Part shown: in pieces, positions 20,537 to 31,167 of the stretch
Layout of the letters: each line of letters opens with the position of its first letter
Numbering within the stretch: position 1 is the stretch's first letter
Source: Microcoleus sp.
GTDB lineage: Bacteria > Cyanobacteriota > Cyanobacteriia > Cyanobacteriales > Microcoleaceae
Direction: 5' to 3'
DNA: 64,000 bases
Assembly (NCBI GenBank): GCA_052279835.1
Contig: CP181291.1
Span: forward strand, 3,840,001-3,904,000
Notes under the pieces: generated by a model
Database searches by the model: none
The model's input: the letters and a program-made list of their open reading frames with translations, nothing else
Told to the model about the DNA's origin: nothing
Position numbers and translations under genes: made by a program

Positions 20537-21922
20537 TTATTTCCCAATACAAAATCTACTGAAGATTCTATCTAATACTGATTCTGTCACTTCCTCTCCC
20601 GTCACTTCTCCTAGGGCTTGAATTGCACCACGCAAGTCTATTGTCCAGAAATCTAAGGGCAATTTATCGCTAATCGTAACTAGGCATTGTTCTATACAAA
20701 ATTTGGCTTTGGTGATGGCTGCTGCTTGCCGCTGATTAATTGCTAAGTCTAGGTTTTCTGCTTGCAAGTTGTCGCTGTTGACGGCATCTAAGATGGCGGT
20801 TTCTAAGTCTTCTATGCCTCGATCTAGGGCGGCGGCGGTGGTGACTATTCGGTGAATTTCAGAGGAAAATGGTAGTTTTGGGGTGGTTTTTACTAGGTCG
20901 ATTTTGTTGAGGATGATGATTAGTTGGCGGTGTTTTACTTGTTGGTAAATTTCTGAGTCTGCTTCTGTCCATCCCGATTGTGCGTCTATTGTCAATAATA
21001 CTAGATCGGCTTGCTTTGCTGCGGCGCGCGATCGCTCAACTCCTATCTTTTCTACTTTGTCTTCCGTTTCCCGAATTCCCGCAGTGTCTAGCACCTGCAC
21101 TGGAATTGGGCCGACAACTAACTGGGATTCTACCACATCCCGCGTTGTACCGGGCAAGTCAGTGACGATCGCCCGATCGCACCTACTCCACGCATTCAAC
21201 AAACTCGATTTTCCCACATTTGGGCGGCCGACGATCGCCACTTTCAAACCGCTTCTCAACAACTCTCCGCGATCGGCTGTGGCCAAAATTGTTGACAATT
21301 GCGCCAAAACCTGAGTTATTTCTAACACTATTTGAGCCTCATTTAAAGGCGGCAAATCTTCCTCAAAATCTATTCTGGCTTCAATTTCTGCTAACACATC
21401 TAAACAAATTGTTCTCAATTGACGAATTGGCTTAGCCAATTTTCCTTGCAACTGGGCCAAAGCACTTTGGGCAGCAGCCGGAGATTGGGCTCCCACCAAA
21501 TCCGCGATGCTTTCAGCTTGAGTTAAATCTAGTCTTCCGTTCAAAAAAGCTCGCAGGGAAAACTCTCCCGGTTGCGCCAATCTAGCTCCGTTTTCCAAAC
21601 ACAATTGCAAGACTTGCTGCACCGCCATAATCCCGCCGTGACAGTGAAATTCTACCACATCTTCGCGGGTGAAAGAACGCGGTGCTTTCATAATTAATAG
21701 TAAAGCTTCATCGACTAATTTTTGAGTTTGGGGGTGGTGGATATAGCCATAAATAATTCGGTGAGAGTCCCAAATTTGCTTTCCTGGACTGCGAAACAAA
21801 GTTTCGGCAATTTTGAGAGCTTGGGAGCCGGAAACTCGCACAATGCCGACACTGCCTTGTTGGGGGACGATGGCAGTGGCGATCGCAGCGATCGTTCCTC
21901 CTTTTGTTAATGATTCAGCCAT
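20537..21922 (-). CDS. mnmE: tRNA uridine-5-carboxymethylaminomethyl(34) synthesis GTPase MnmE
   Basis: [37 protein letters not shown]-terminal FCIGK. Confidence 0.98.
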   Translation of the reverse strand: MAESLTKGGTIAAIATAIVPQQGSVGIVRVSGSQALKIAETLFRSPGKQIWDSHRIIYGYIHHPQTQKLVDEALLLIMKAPRSFTREDVVEFHCHGGIMAVQQVLQLCLENGARLAQPGEFSLRAFLNGRLDLTQAESIADLVGAQSPAAAQSALAQLQGKLAKPIRQLRTICLDVLAEIEARIDFEEDLPPLNEAQIVLEITQVLAQLSTILATADRGELLRSGLKVAIVGRPNVGKSSLLNAWSRCDRAIVTDLPGTTRDVVESQLVVGPIPVQVLDTAGIRETEDKVEKIGVERSRAAAKQADLVLLTIDAQSGWTEADSEIYQQVKHRQLIIILNKIDLVKTTPKLPFSSEIHRIVTTAAALDRGIEDLETAILDAVNSDNLQAENLDLAINQRQAAAITKAKFCIEQCLVTISDKLPLDFWTIDLRGAIQALGEVTGEEVTESVLDRIFSRFCIGK

Positions 21923-22050
21923 TTTTAATTACTTATATTGAAAGTCTGAGGTATCTTACAGTTTATTATTGCATTTCCCCATGGATCTTCTTGCTTCTTC
22001 TATAAGTTGAGGGTGGGGTTCTCTGGTCCAAGAGACCTTTGGCATAATTC

Positions 22051-22103
22051 CTGTGGAACAGGCTATAAAGCCTGTTCTTGACTGTGTTTTTAGGAGATGT
22101 CTA
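22051..22103. repeat. Dispersed repeat (GGAACAGGC...GCCTGTTC hairpin plus GGAGATGTCTA end)
   Basis: Inverted copy at about 50528-50580; hairpin core also at 31121-31145. Confidence 0.6.
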
Positions 22104-22208
22104 AGGGCTAAGGGGATCGGGGCGATCCTAATTTTAATGCTATACTCATTGATTAACTATCCTGATTTTATGCGAAAATTTAATCAGTAACAGGGATGAG
22201 GGCATATC

Positions 22209-24411
22209 ATGATTGGTCAACTTCTAGACAGACGTTACCGCATCATTAAAGTCACAGACTCAAGTGAGGTGGGAACCACCTATTTGGCAGCAGATACTCA
22301 CCGTCGGGGTTCTCCGCAATGCCTGGTTAGAAAAATGCGACTTCCCGGTAAGAGTTCGCAGATTCCTGAATCAGTCCAAACTATCTTTCAAAGAAATGCC
22401 GAAAAAATTGAAAAATTGGGAAAACATCACCAAATTCCCGAATTATCGGCTTATTTTGCAGAAAATCGAAGTTTATACTTAATTGAAGAATTAATTGCTG
22501 GGGAACCTTTAAGCACTGAACTAATCCCCGGTCAACCTTGGACCCAAAAGAAAATATTTGGTTTGCTTGAGGAAATATTAGAAGTTTTGGTGTTTATACA
22601 TGAGAACGGCTTTATTCATGGCAGAATTCAACCAGATAATCTGATTAGGCGTCAGTCCGATCGGAAATGGGTGTTAACGGACTTTCGTTTAGACGGGGAA
22701 CTGAACTCGGAAATTGCTAATTGTTATTTGTCATTACCAACTTCCTCGAATTCAATTAAATGGTCTGTTGCCAAAAAACAGTCGGTGGTTGCCAAGACAG
22801 TATATACGCCTATGGAACAATGGGAAGGCAACCCTCGCTACAATAGTGATATCTATGCTCTAGGTACGATCGCTCTGGTTGCTGTCACAGGACTTTCAAC
22901 TCTTGAACTGGCTTCCTTACAAAATCAGAAACAGAAAATAAATGGTGGCGATCGAGCAAATTGTGGTGTAGCTTTAGCAGATATTATTGAGAAAATGGTG
23001 CGCTCCGACTTTGAGGAACGCTATCAGGGTGCCACAGAAGTTTTAGCCGACTTCAAGAAAATCAGACGAAAAATCAAGGTTGAGCCACCGCTACCAACCA
23101 CCATTACTCCAGCTATGAGTCAACCGCCTCTGAAGCCGAGTCAAATCATCCTGCTCAGTATTGCTGGAACATTTTCCGCTTTAATCTTGACAGCAGGACT
23201 CATTTACTATTGGCAGACTCAAGATCCAGCGAGGGTCACAGGAATTGTTCGCCCAGGGTCAACAAAAGGCACTGCAAGGGGACAAAACAGGTGCGATCGC
23301 TGATTATACCCAAGCCCTCGCCATCAATTCCAGCGATGCCGAAGCTTTCTACAAGCGGGCTAACGCTCGCTATGACCTTGGGGCCCGCGAGCAAGCAATA
23401 GAGGATTATACTCAAGCCATTAAACTCAATCCCAGCCACAGTAAAGCCATCTACAATCGAGGTTTGACCCGCCGGGAACTAGGCAATAAGCAGGGTGCTC
23501 TAGAAGATTTTACCCAAGCAGTCCGGCTGAATTCCACTGATGCCGATGCTTTTTATCAAAGGGCTTTGGCTTACTACGATTTGTCGGACTATCCGGCGGC
23601 AATTGAAGACTATACCCAAGCAATTCGCTTGAATCCCAATGATACTAAAGCTTATAGCAACAGGGGTTTGGCTCGATCGGCTGCTGGGGACAAAACAGGA
23701 GCGATGGCAGATTTTACCCAAGCGATTCAAATTAGCCCCACAGATGCTGGTGTTTATTATGGTCGGGGTCGATCGAGATTTAATGTGGGAGATTATCAAG
23801 GAGCAATGACAGATTTCACTAAGGCGATCGAATTAGCACCCGATCGAGCTGATGCTTATACCAACCGATGCAGCGCTTACTTGAATTTAGCAACCTACGA
23901 TAAAGCGATTGAAGATTGTACCCAAGCAATTACCATCGATCCAAAAGACGAAGCTGCTTATAATAACCGCTGCATTGCTTACCTGAATTTAAAACAATTT
24001 CAGAAAGCCGCTGAAGATTGCAGTTCAACCATCGAACTCAACAAGAAAAATTCCAAAGCATACAGCAATCGAGGATTGGCTCGTAACGCTTCGGGAGACA
24101 AGGCCGGTGCCATCAGCGATTTTACCGAATCAATTCGGCTCAATCCCAGTGATTCAGTTGCTTATAGCAATCGCGGTAATATTTACTCGGAACTGAAAAA
24201 CTATAATTTAGCGGTTGCAGATTTTGCACAGTCAGTGAAACTCAACCCCAACAATGCTACAGCTTTCTACAGTCGAGGTCTCGTCCGTGGCCAACTCAAA
24301 GACCGTAATGGGGCGATCGCAGATTTTCAGAAAGCTGCAACGCTGTTTCTAGAACAAGGAAGAGGCGATGGTTTTCAAGACGCGCAAGCACAAATTAACC
24401 AACTTAACTAA
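22209..24411 (+). pseudogene. Ser/Thr pseudokinase-TM-TPR protein split by a single-base frameshift at about 23233-23235 (real, or a sequencing error)
   Basis: ORFs 22209-23303 (kinase fold plus TM) and 23245-24411 (TPRs) fuse as DPARSQELFAQGQQK if one G of AGGG is removed, matching the layout of the downstream paralog. Confidence 0.85.
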
Positions 24412-24492
24412 ATGCTTCATCAGTTAACTGTTAACTGTAGTCCTTACCAATTGCTATCCGAACGGGGATTTTAGATTTAAATTAGCCATAAA

Positions 24493-24540
24493 TTTAAAAT
24501 CCCAAATTCCCAATCCCAAATCCCAAATCCCAAATCTAAA
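24493..24540. repeat. Heptamer STRR (CCCAAAT)n between the kinase paralogs
   Basis: Read directly. Confidence 0.7.
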
Positions 24541-24564
24541 ATTGTTTCATTACTCCTTACCAAT

Positions 24565-26763
24565 ATGAACATGGTTGGTCAACTTCTAGACGGACGTTAC
24601 CGCGTAGTCCAAGTGCTGAGCTCTGGGGCTTTTGGACAAACATATTTAGCTGTCGATACTCGCCGCCCCAACCACCCTCAATGTGTAGTCAAACAACTGC
24701 GACCACCCAGCAATACTTCCACAGTTCTCAAAACTGCTTATCGATTATTTAAACAAGAAGCAGAAATTCTAGAAAAATTAGGAAAACACGATCAAATTCC
24801 CTTTTTACTAGCATATTTTGAAGACAGCAATCAGTTCTATTTAGTGGAAGAATTTGTGCCGGGACAAGCACTAAACAGGGAAATCGTAGCTGGTCAATAC
24901 TGGCCGGAAGAACGAGTGATATCCCTCCTAGAAGAAGTGTTAGAAATTCTCGTTTTTGTCCACTCTCAGGGAGTGATTCACCGCGATGTCAATCCATCCA
25001 ATTTAATCCGCCGTAAACCCGATGGAAAATTGGTTTTAATTGACTTCGGCTCGGTAAAAGAAGTTACAACTCATCTGAGTGACTATGATACAGAATTTCC
25101 GAGAACCATTGCGACAGGGACTCCGGCTTATATGCCGATCGAACAATTTCAAGGCAACCCACAATTTAGCAGCGATATCTATGCAGTCGGGATGATGGCT
25201 ATCCAAGCTATTACCGGATTGCCCGGTACTGATTTGCCAAAATTGCAAGATCCAAGCCCTTCTCATACCGGAGAAATTGTCTGGCGCAACCGCTCTCAAT
25301 GTTCTAACAATTTGGCTAATATCATTGACAAAATGGTCTGTCATCAATTTGGCAAGCGCTATCAATCTGCTGAGGAAGTTTTGGAAGCTTTGAGCAAGAT
25401 CAGACATCGCCACGATCCAGCAAATACCTCTCAAAAAAATAGCCTTTCTCAGTCGAGATTCTCGTCTTATGGTAACTCGTTTTTCAATTTGGGAAGCAGG
25501 TTTTGGTTGCTGGCTTTCGCTGGGTTGGGGACCCTAATAGGTTTAATATTGCTGTTCAATTACTGGAATCGTCCCAATCCTGTGAAAGCTAGGGAATATT
25601 ACGAACAGGGGGTGGCAAAGTCTCGCGATCGAGATGCTGCTGGGGCAGTGGATGCTTTTAACCAGTCACTTAAATTCAATCCTAACAATCCTGAGACTTT
25701 GTATCGGCGAGCTAATGCCAATTATGATTTGAAAAAGTATCAGGAATCCATTGCTGATTATTCTCAGGCGATCGCTCTAGATCCTAATTACTTTCAGGCT
25801 TATTTTAACCGAGGTTTAGCTCGCTACGATTTTAACGACAAGCGAGGCGCTCTTGAGGATTACACTAAGGTTTTGAGTCTCAAACCTAACGATGTTGATG
25901 CTTATTATGAACGAGGTGTGGTTTATTTGGACTTACAAGATTACAAAACGGCGATTCAAGATTTTAGTGAGGTGATTCGGTTGCAGCCCCAACTGGCTAA
26001 AGGTTATCATTCACGGGGATTAGCTCGCGCTGCGGGGGGAGATTTGCAGGGAGCTATTGGGGATTATACAGAAGCCATTAAACTCGATTCTCAAGATACT
26101 AAAGCTTTGTACAGTCGGGGGAGAGCTCGCTTTCATTCGGGTGATTATAAGGGAGCTTTTGCCGATTATTCTCAGGTAATTGCGATCGATCCCAAGAATG
26201 CAGATGCTTATGCTAATCGGTGCAGTACCCAGTTAAATTTGGCGGCTCATCAAGCCGCCATTGACGATTGCACTCAGGCCATTGCGCTGAGCGATGACGA
26301 TGCGGTTCCTTATAACAATCGCTGCATTGCTTATTTAAACTTAAAAGATTATCCCAAAGCAATTGAGGATTGCTCTCAAGCGGTGAAAATGAATCCCAAT
26401 GATTATAATGCTTTTAGTAATCGGGGTTTAGCTCGCAACGGAGGGGCAGACCCACAGGGGGCGATCGCGGATTTTACCTCAGCCATTGCCATCTATCCCA
26501 ACGATGCTGAAGCTTACGCCAATCGAGCCAAGATTTACCAACAGTTAAATAATTACAATAGTGCGATCGCCGATTATGTGCAAGCAATTCGGATCAACCC
26601 CAATTATGCTGCGGCTTACTACGGTAGAGGTGCTGTGCGTCGCTCTTTAGGAGACAAAGCAGGAGCGATTAGTGACTATGAAAAAGCCGGAAAAATCTTT
26701 CTCGATCAAGGACTTACCGGCGGTTACAAAGATGCACAATTTGAGATTGAAAAACTCAAATAG
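24565..26763 (+). CDS. Hanks-type Ser/Thr kinase with TM helix and about 11 C-terminal TPRs
   Basis: SSGAFGQTY, CVVKQL, IHRDVNPSNL, DFG, GTPAYMPIEQ, SDIYAVG; TM FWLLAFAGLGTLIGLILLF. Confidence 0.95.
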   Translation: MNMVGQLLDGRYRVVQVLSSGAFGQTYLAVDTRRPNHPQCVVKQLRPPSNTSTVLKTAYRLFKQEAEILEKLGKHDQIPFLLAYFEDSNQFYLVEEFVPGQALNREIVAGQYWPEERVISLLEEVLEILVFVHSQGVIHRDVNPSNLIRRKPDGKLVLIDFGSVKEVTTHLSDYDTEFPRTIATGTPAYMPIEQFQGNPQFSSDIYAVGMMAIQAITGLPGTDLPKLQDPSPSHTGEIVWRNRSQCSNNLANIIDKMVCHQFGKRYQSAEEVLEALSKIRHRHDPANTSQKNSLSQSRFSSYGNSFFNLGSRFWLLAFAGLGTLIGLILLFNYWNRPNPVKAREYYEQGVAKSRDRDAAGAVDAFNQSLKFNPNNPETLYRRANANYDLKKYQESIADYSQAIALDPNYFQAYFNRGLARYDFNDKRGALEDYTKVLSLKPNDVDAYYERGVVYLDLQDYKTAIQDFSEVIRLQPQLAKGYHSRGLARAAGGDLQGAIGDYTEAIKLDSQDTKALYSRGRARFHSGDYKGAFADYSQVIAIDPKNADAYANRCSTQLNLAAHQAAIDDCTQAIALSDDDAVPYNNRCIAYLNLKDYPKAIEDCSQAVKMNPNDYNAFSNRGLARNGGADPQGAIADFTSAIAIYPNDAEAYANRAKIYQQLNNYNSAIADYVQAIRINPNYAAAYYGRGAVRRSLGDKAGAISDYEKAGKIFLDQGLTGGYKDAQFEIEKLK

Positions 26764-26836
26764 TCAGGGGACGATAGTTAGTTGTCTGTTGATTGTGGTG
26801 AGGAAACAATCAACAGTCAACTATTCCCAATTCCCT

Positions 26837-28264
26837 TTACGAGTCTTGAATTCGCTTAACCAACTCATAAAAAGGTTGCCAATTATCCTCAATAGCTATT
26901 TGCTCCCAAACAGCCTCAATCGTCGGTCTCAATAGCGATTGTTCGGGATTGCACCTGCGTAACCTTTCGGCCATTCTATCCAGATCGTCGGAGGACAAAG
27001 TTTGCAAAACGTGACAATAAAGCTGCCGCCAATGTGCTATTAAATCCGTCGGTTCCGCTTCACTAAAAATTTGACTTGCATCATCTCGCCAAGTGGGAGC
27101 GAACTGTTTTCGCAACTCAAAAAAGAAACCTTGATAATCGACTTGAGACTCAGCCAGTAATTTAATTGTCAGTTGCAACAACTCATCACCCTCAGCCTCC
27201 GGCAATTCCTCAAATCCCAATTTATTCAGCATCAATTGTCGATAAGCTGCATTATAATAGTCGCCAAACTTTGCCAAAGCAGCATCCAGATCGGTTTGAG
27301 CGATCGCACAAACTAGCGGTTTCTGAAGTTTATCTAAATTACCCTGGCAAACAAACGGTTGATTCCCGTAACAATAAAGACCATAATAGTCAAAATAAGC
27401 CGCGGTAAACTTAGGATTATAAGTAGGGATAAAAGCAAAAGGTCCATAGTCAAAACTTTCTCCAGTAATCGACATATTATCAGTATTGAGCACAGCATGA
27501 CAAAATCCCGCCGCCATCCACTGAGCAACTAATTCGGCTACCTTCTTGACTAATTCAGCATAGAAGAGTGCATACTTTTCCCCTGGATCAAGACCCTCAG
27601 TGCTGGCTGCTAAATGCAATTCAGGATAGTAATATTCAATCACAAAATCTAAAAGTTTTGTAATTAAATCCGGGCGACGGATGTAATGCAATCTTTCAAA
27701 AGTACCGAACCGGATGTGAGAATGACTAAAACGTATCATGACAGACGAGCGCGTCGGAGAAGGTTCATCCCCACGCCACAAAGATTCCCCGGTTTCAACT
27801 AAACTAAAACAGCGAGATGTTCGCACTCTTAACCTATGCAAAGTTTCTGCCGCTAAAACTTCCCTAACTCCCCCTTTGAGAGTAAGTCTACCATCAGCAG
27901 ACCGGGAATAAGGTGTGCGGCCAGAACCTTTGGTGCCAAAGTCATAAAGTCTGCCATCAGTACCGCGAACTTGACCGTACAAAAAGCCTCTACCATCGCC
28001 TAAATTGGGATTGTATTCGTTAAATTGATAGCCGTGGTAGCGGAGTGCGAGGAAGGGACGGACGCAATGAAATTCGCCGAATGCTTGGATGAAATGTTCG
28101 TCGGTTACTTGTGCTGGATCTAAACCCAATTTCGGCAATAATTGGTCATTGCGAAAGCGGAGGATGTGCTGGGGAAAATCGGCCGCCGGGACTTCATCAA
28201 AATAGTCGCCACCGAGGGATTCGATGGCGGGTTCGTAGTTGAGGCTGAGCAAGGGATTGGACAT
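26837..28264 (-). CDS. ydiU: Protein adenylyltransferase SelO/YdiU family
   Basis: YHGYQF...[52 protein letters not shown]. Confidence 0.93.
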   Translation of the reverse strand: MSNPLLSLNYEPAIESLGGDYFDEVPAADFPQHILRFRNDQLLPKLGLDPAQVTDEHFIQAFGEFHCVRPFLALRYHGYQFNEYNPNLGDGRGFLYGQVRGTDGRLYDFGTKGSGRTPYSRSADGRLTLKGGVREVLAAETLHRLRVRTSRCFSLVETGESLWRGDEPSPTRSSVMIRFSHSHIRFGTFERLHYIRRPDLITKLLDFVIEYYYPELHLAASTEGLDPGEKYALFYAELVKKVAELVAQWMAAGFCHAVLNTDNMSITGESFDYGPFAFIPTYNPKFTAAYFDYYGLYCYGNQPFVCQGNLDKLQKPLVCAIAQTDLDAALAKFGDYYNAAYRQLMLNKLGFEELPEAEGDELLQLTIKLLAESQVDYQGFFFELRKQFAPTWRDDASQIFSEAEPTDLIAHWRQLYCHVLQTLSSDDLDRMAERLRRCNPEQSLLRPTIEAVWEQIAIEDNWQPFYELVKRIQDS

Positions 28265-28322
28265 TTTTGTATGAGATCCTGAAATTCGCGATCGCTCAAT
28301 TATAGCGGAATAAACAAAGCCC

Positions 28323-28376
28323 TTCGACTACGTTCAGGGATTCGACTACGATCGGGGATTGGACTACGATCCGGGA
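28323..28376. repeat. Three tandem 18-bp units TT(C/G)GACTACG(T/A)TC.GGGA (small dispersed repeat type)
   Basis: Units at 28323, 28341 and 28359. Confidence 0.75.
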
Positions 28377-28383
28377 GCCGACC

Positions 28384-30000
28384 TTAAACTACCACAAGAT
28401 GTGGCTCTAAACTTGCCACTAATTTCAGATTATACTCATCTTCAAAAGCAGGTTTTTTGTAATCTAAACTCCACAGTTCAAGAGCGCAATCATCATCAGT
28501 ATTTTGCGGTGTTAGTTGTAAATGAAACTCTCTAACTTCCGGTCTTACCTCGCATTTAAACTTAGCTACTGCTCCAATTTGCCTCCTATCTAAAGCGACT
28601 GCTAACCGCAAAAAAGGATGTAAATTTCCAATTAATATCCGATATTTACGAGGGAGAATCATAAAGTTTTCATGCTTCTTTTTCGGAGAACTTTTTCTGT
28701 GATAGCGGGCTAAATTAGCAATAATTTCAATCTCTGTTTCAGTGTAACCCAACAACTCGCCATTCCGAATTAAATAATAAGAATGCTTGTGGTGAGCCGA
28801 ATGGCTGACATACAAACCGCAGTTGTGTAAAATTGCTGCCGCCCACAACAATTCCCGTTCTTCGGTTCCCCAATTATGCAGAATTCCTTGGGTTTGGTCA
28901 AACAAACTGAGCGCAAATTCTGCGGTTCTTTCGCTATACTCTAAATTAACTTGATATTTTTGAGCCATGTGTAAAATGCTGCGCTGGCGGATTGAACCTT
29001 GGTAACGCAAGCGGTTTTCTATCAAACCGTGAGACAGCATCCAGTCAACTATTACCCCTTCTCTCAAAGAGCGATCGCAAACCGTGAGAAATTCCATTCC
29101 TAATAGCGTCATGGCTTCCTGCAAAATCAAAGCACCAGCCAGAATAATTTCCGCCCGCTTGTCCGACATTCCCGGAATTGCCAACCTTTCGGCATAGGAA
29201 AGTTTGCGGAAACGATTGACTAAATCCCGCAAATCCTTTAAACTTAATTGATAGCCAGCCAGGGGACTTGGTACGGTTCCCAATTTTTCGCGAGCGTTAA
29301 TGGCAGCTAAAGTTTCGATGGTGCCAGCAGTACCAATTAAACGGAGAGTTTCGTCACCATTAAATTGAGCGCGCAATTCGTCGATCGGTCTTTCCAGCGC
29401 AATCCGAATATAAGCTTGCAAATAGGCAAACTCTTCCCTGCTAATCGGGTCAGTTTTGACAAATTCTCCAGTGAGGCGAACCGCACCAATTTTGGTACTG
29501 GTGAGACACCGAGGTTCTGCACTGTCTCCTAAAATTAATTCAGTAGAACCGCCCCCTATGTCAATAATTACCTGGGATTGATTGTTAAATTCCATTCCCG
29601 AAAGAACACCGAGATAAATTCTCCGCGCTTCTTCCTGGCCGGAAATCAAGCTAACATAAAGGTCTAATTCGTCCGCAACTTGTTTGAGAAAATCTCGACC
29701 ATTAGGGGCTTCTCGAACCGCACTGGTAGCCACAGCGATTATTTGTTCCGCATTGAAGGTTTTCGCAATATCTTGAAAACGGCGCAAAGTGGCGATCGCC
29801 CTTTCCATCACCTCAGACTTCAAACACCCTGTCTTTGTTTCACAATCACCCAAGCGCACCGTATCTTTTTCTCTAGCAATAATCGTAAAAGCCGGCAATT
29901 TCGCATCGATGCGCGCCACCACCATATGAAAGGAGTTAGTACCCATATCAATAGCAGCAATAATGCGATTTGACTCCGCAGAAGCAAGTGAATTAACCAT
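28384..30000 (-). CDS. ppx: Ppx/GppA exopolyphosphatase with HD-like C-terminal domain
   Basis: AAIDMGTNSFH, ATSAVREAPNG, DIGGGSTE, LREG, HHKHSYYLI. Confidence 0.95.
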   Translation of the reverse strand: MVNSLASAESNRIIAAIDMGTNSFHMVVARIDAKLPAFTIIAREKDTVRLGDCETKTGCLKSEVMERAIATLRRFQDIAKTFNAEQIIAVATSAVREAPNGRDFLKQVADELDLYVSLISGQEEARRIYLGVLSGMEFNNQSQVIIDIGGGSTELILGDSAEPRCLTSTKIGAVRLTGEFVKTDPISREEFAYLQAYIRIALERPIDELRAQFNGDETLRLIGTAGTIETLAAINAREKLGTVPSPLAGYQLSLKDLRDLVNRFRKLSYAERLAIPGMSDKRAEIILAGALILQEAMTLLGMEFLTVCDRSLREGVIVDWMLSHGLIENRLRYQGSIRQRSILHMAQKYQVNLEYSERTAEFALSLFDQTQGILHNWGTEERELLWAAAILHNCGLYVSHSAHHKHSYYLIRNGELLGYTETEIEIIANLARYHRKSSPKKKHENFMILPRKYRILIGNLHPFLRLAVALDRRQIGAVAKFKCEVRPEVREFHLQLTPQNTDDDCALELWSLDYKKPAFEDEYNLKLVASLEPHLVVV

Positions 30001-30213
30001 TAGAGTGTATCGGGGTTGACAGATATTTTTCATTATTTCACGAATCTACAGAAGCATCGAATCAAATTATTAAAAATTAAGCAGGGCTGACAGGGAAAGA
30101 CTTTCACCGATTCGAGATGGCCGGTTTTCCATTGGACGCAGCCTTGAGCTTGGGCGATCGGTGCCTAAATTTTGATAAAATTAAAAATTAAAAATCTCCA
30201 ATCTAAAATAGAA

Positions 30214-31098
30214 ATGCTTACCGAGTCCGATCGCCCAACCGAATCCACATTGCTAGCCGTCGTGAGGCTTTTGAGATGGGACAAGCCAGCAGGACGGCTA
30301 ATTTTAATGATTCCAGCCCTCTGGGCGGTATTTTTAGCAGCCCACGGGAGGCCACCCGCAACCTTGGTGGGTGTGATTGTGCTTGGCACCTTAGCCACCA
30401 GTGCGGCGGGATGCGTCATCAACGACTTGTGGGATCGGGATATCGATCCCGAAGTGGAAAGAACGCGATCGCGCCCCCTAGCATCCCGCGCCCTGAAAGT
30501 GCAAACTGGGATTGGAGTAGCCTTAATTTCCTTTGCCTGCGCCGCCATTCTCGCCCTTTATCTAAATCCCTTAAGTTTCTGGTTGTGCGTCGCCGCCGTA
30601 CCAGTAATTATCTGCTATCCCCTCGCAAAAAGATTCTTTCCAGTCCCACAATTAGTATTATCAATAGCCTGGGGGTTTGCCGTTTTAATTAGTTGGAGTG
30701 CGACGGTTGGGAAACTAGAATTAGCTACTTGGTTGCTGTGGGGTGCTGTGGTGCTATGGACTTTGGGCTTTGATACTGTTTATGCCATGAGCGATCGGGA
30801 AGATGATTTGCGTTTGGGCGTGAATTCCAGTGCGCTATTTTTTGGGAATAATGCCGCTAATGCTGTGGGTTTTTTCTTTTTAGCTACAGTGGGTTTATTA
30901 GCAGCAATGGGGATTAATTTACAGTTGCATATTGGTTTTTGGTTGGCTGTTTTTGGCGCGGCCATTTTGTGGTTTTTGCAATACAGTCAACTGCGGAAAG
31001 CCGATATCCCGAATCCCGTTTATGGTCAAATATTTCGCCAAAATGTTTGGGTAGGGTTTGTCATATTGGCGGGGATGATTGTTGGGGAGATTTTTTAA
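30214..31098 (+). CDS. ubiA: 4-hydroxybenzoate solanesyl/polyprenyltransferase (plastoquinone synthesis)
   Basis: LLRWDKPAG, GCVINDLWDRDIDPEVERTRSRPLAS, FDTVYAMSDREDD. Confidence 0.95.
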   Translation: MLTESDRPTESTLLAVVRLLRWDKPAGRLILMIPALWAVFLAAHGRPPATLVGVIVLGTLATSAAGCVINDLWDRDIDPEVERTRSRPLASRALKVQTGIGVALISFACAAILALYLNPLSFWLCVAAVPVIICYPLAKRFFPVPQLVLSIAWGFAVLISWSATVGKLELATWLLWGAVVLWTLGFDTVYAMSDREDDLRLGVNSSALFFGNNAANAVGFFFLATVGLLAAMGINLQLHIGFWLAVFGAAILWFLQYSQLRKADIPNPVYGQIFRQNVWVGFVILAGMIVGEIF

Positions 31099-31167
31099 TA
31101 GACATCGACCATATTTATTGTTGAACAGGCATCTTGCCTGTTCAAAAAGCGATATTAGCAGTTATCG

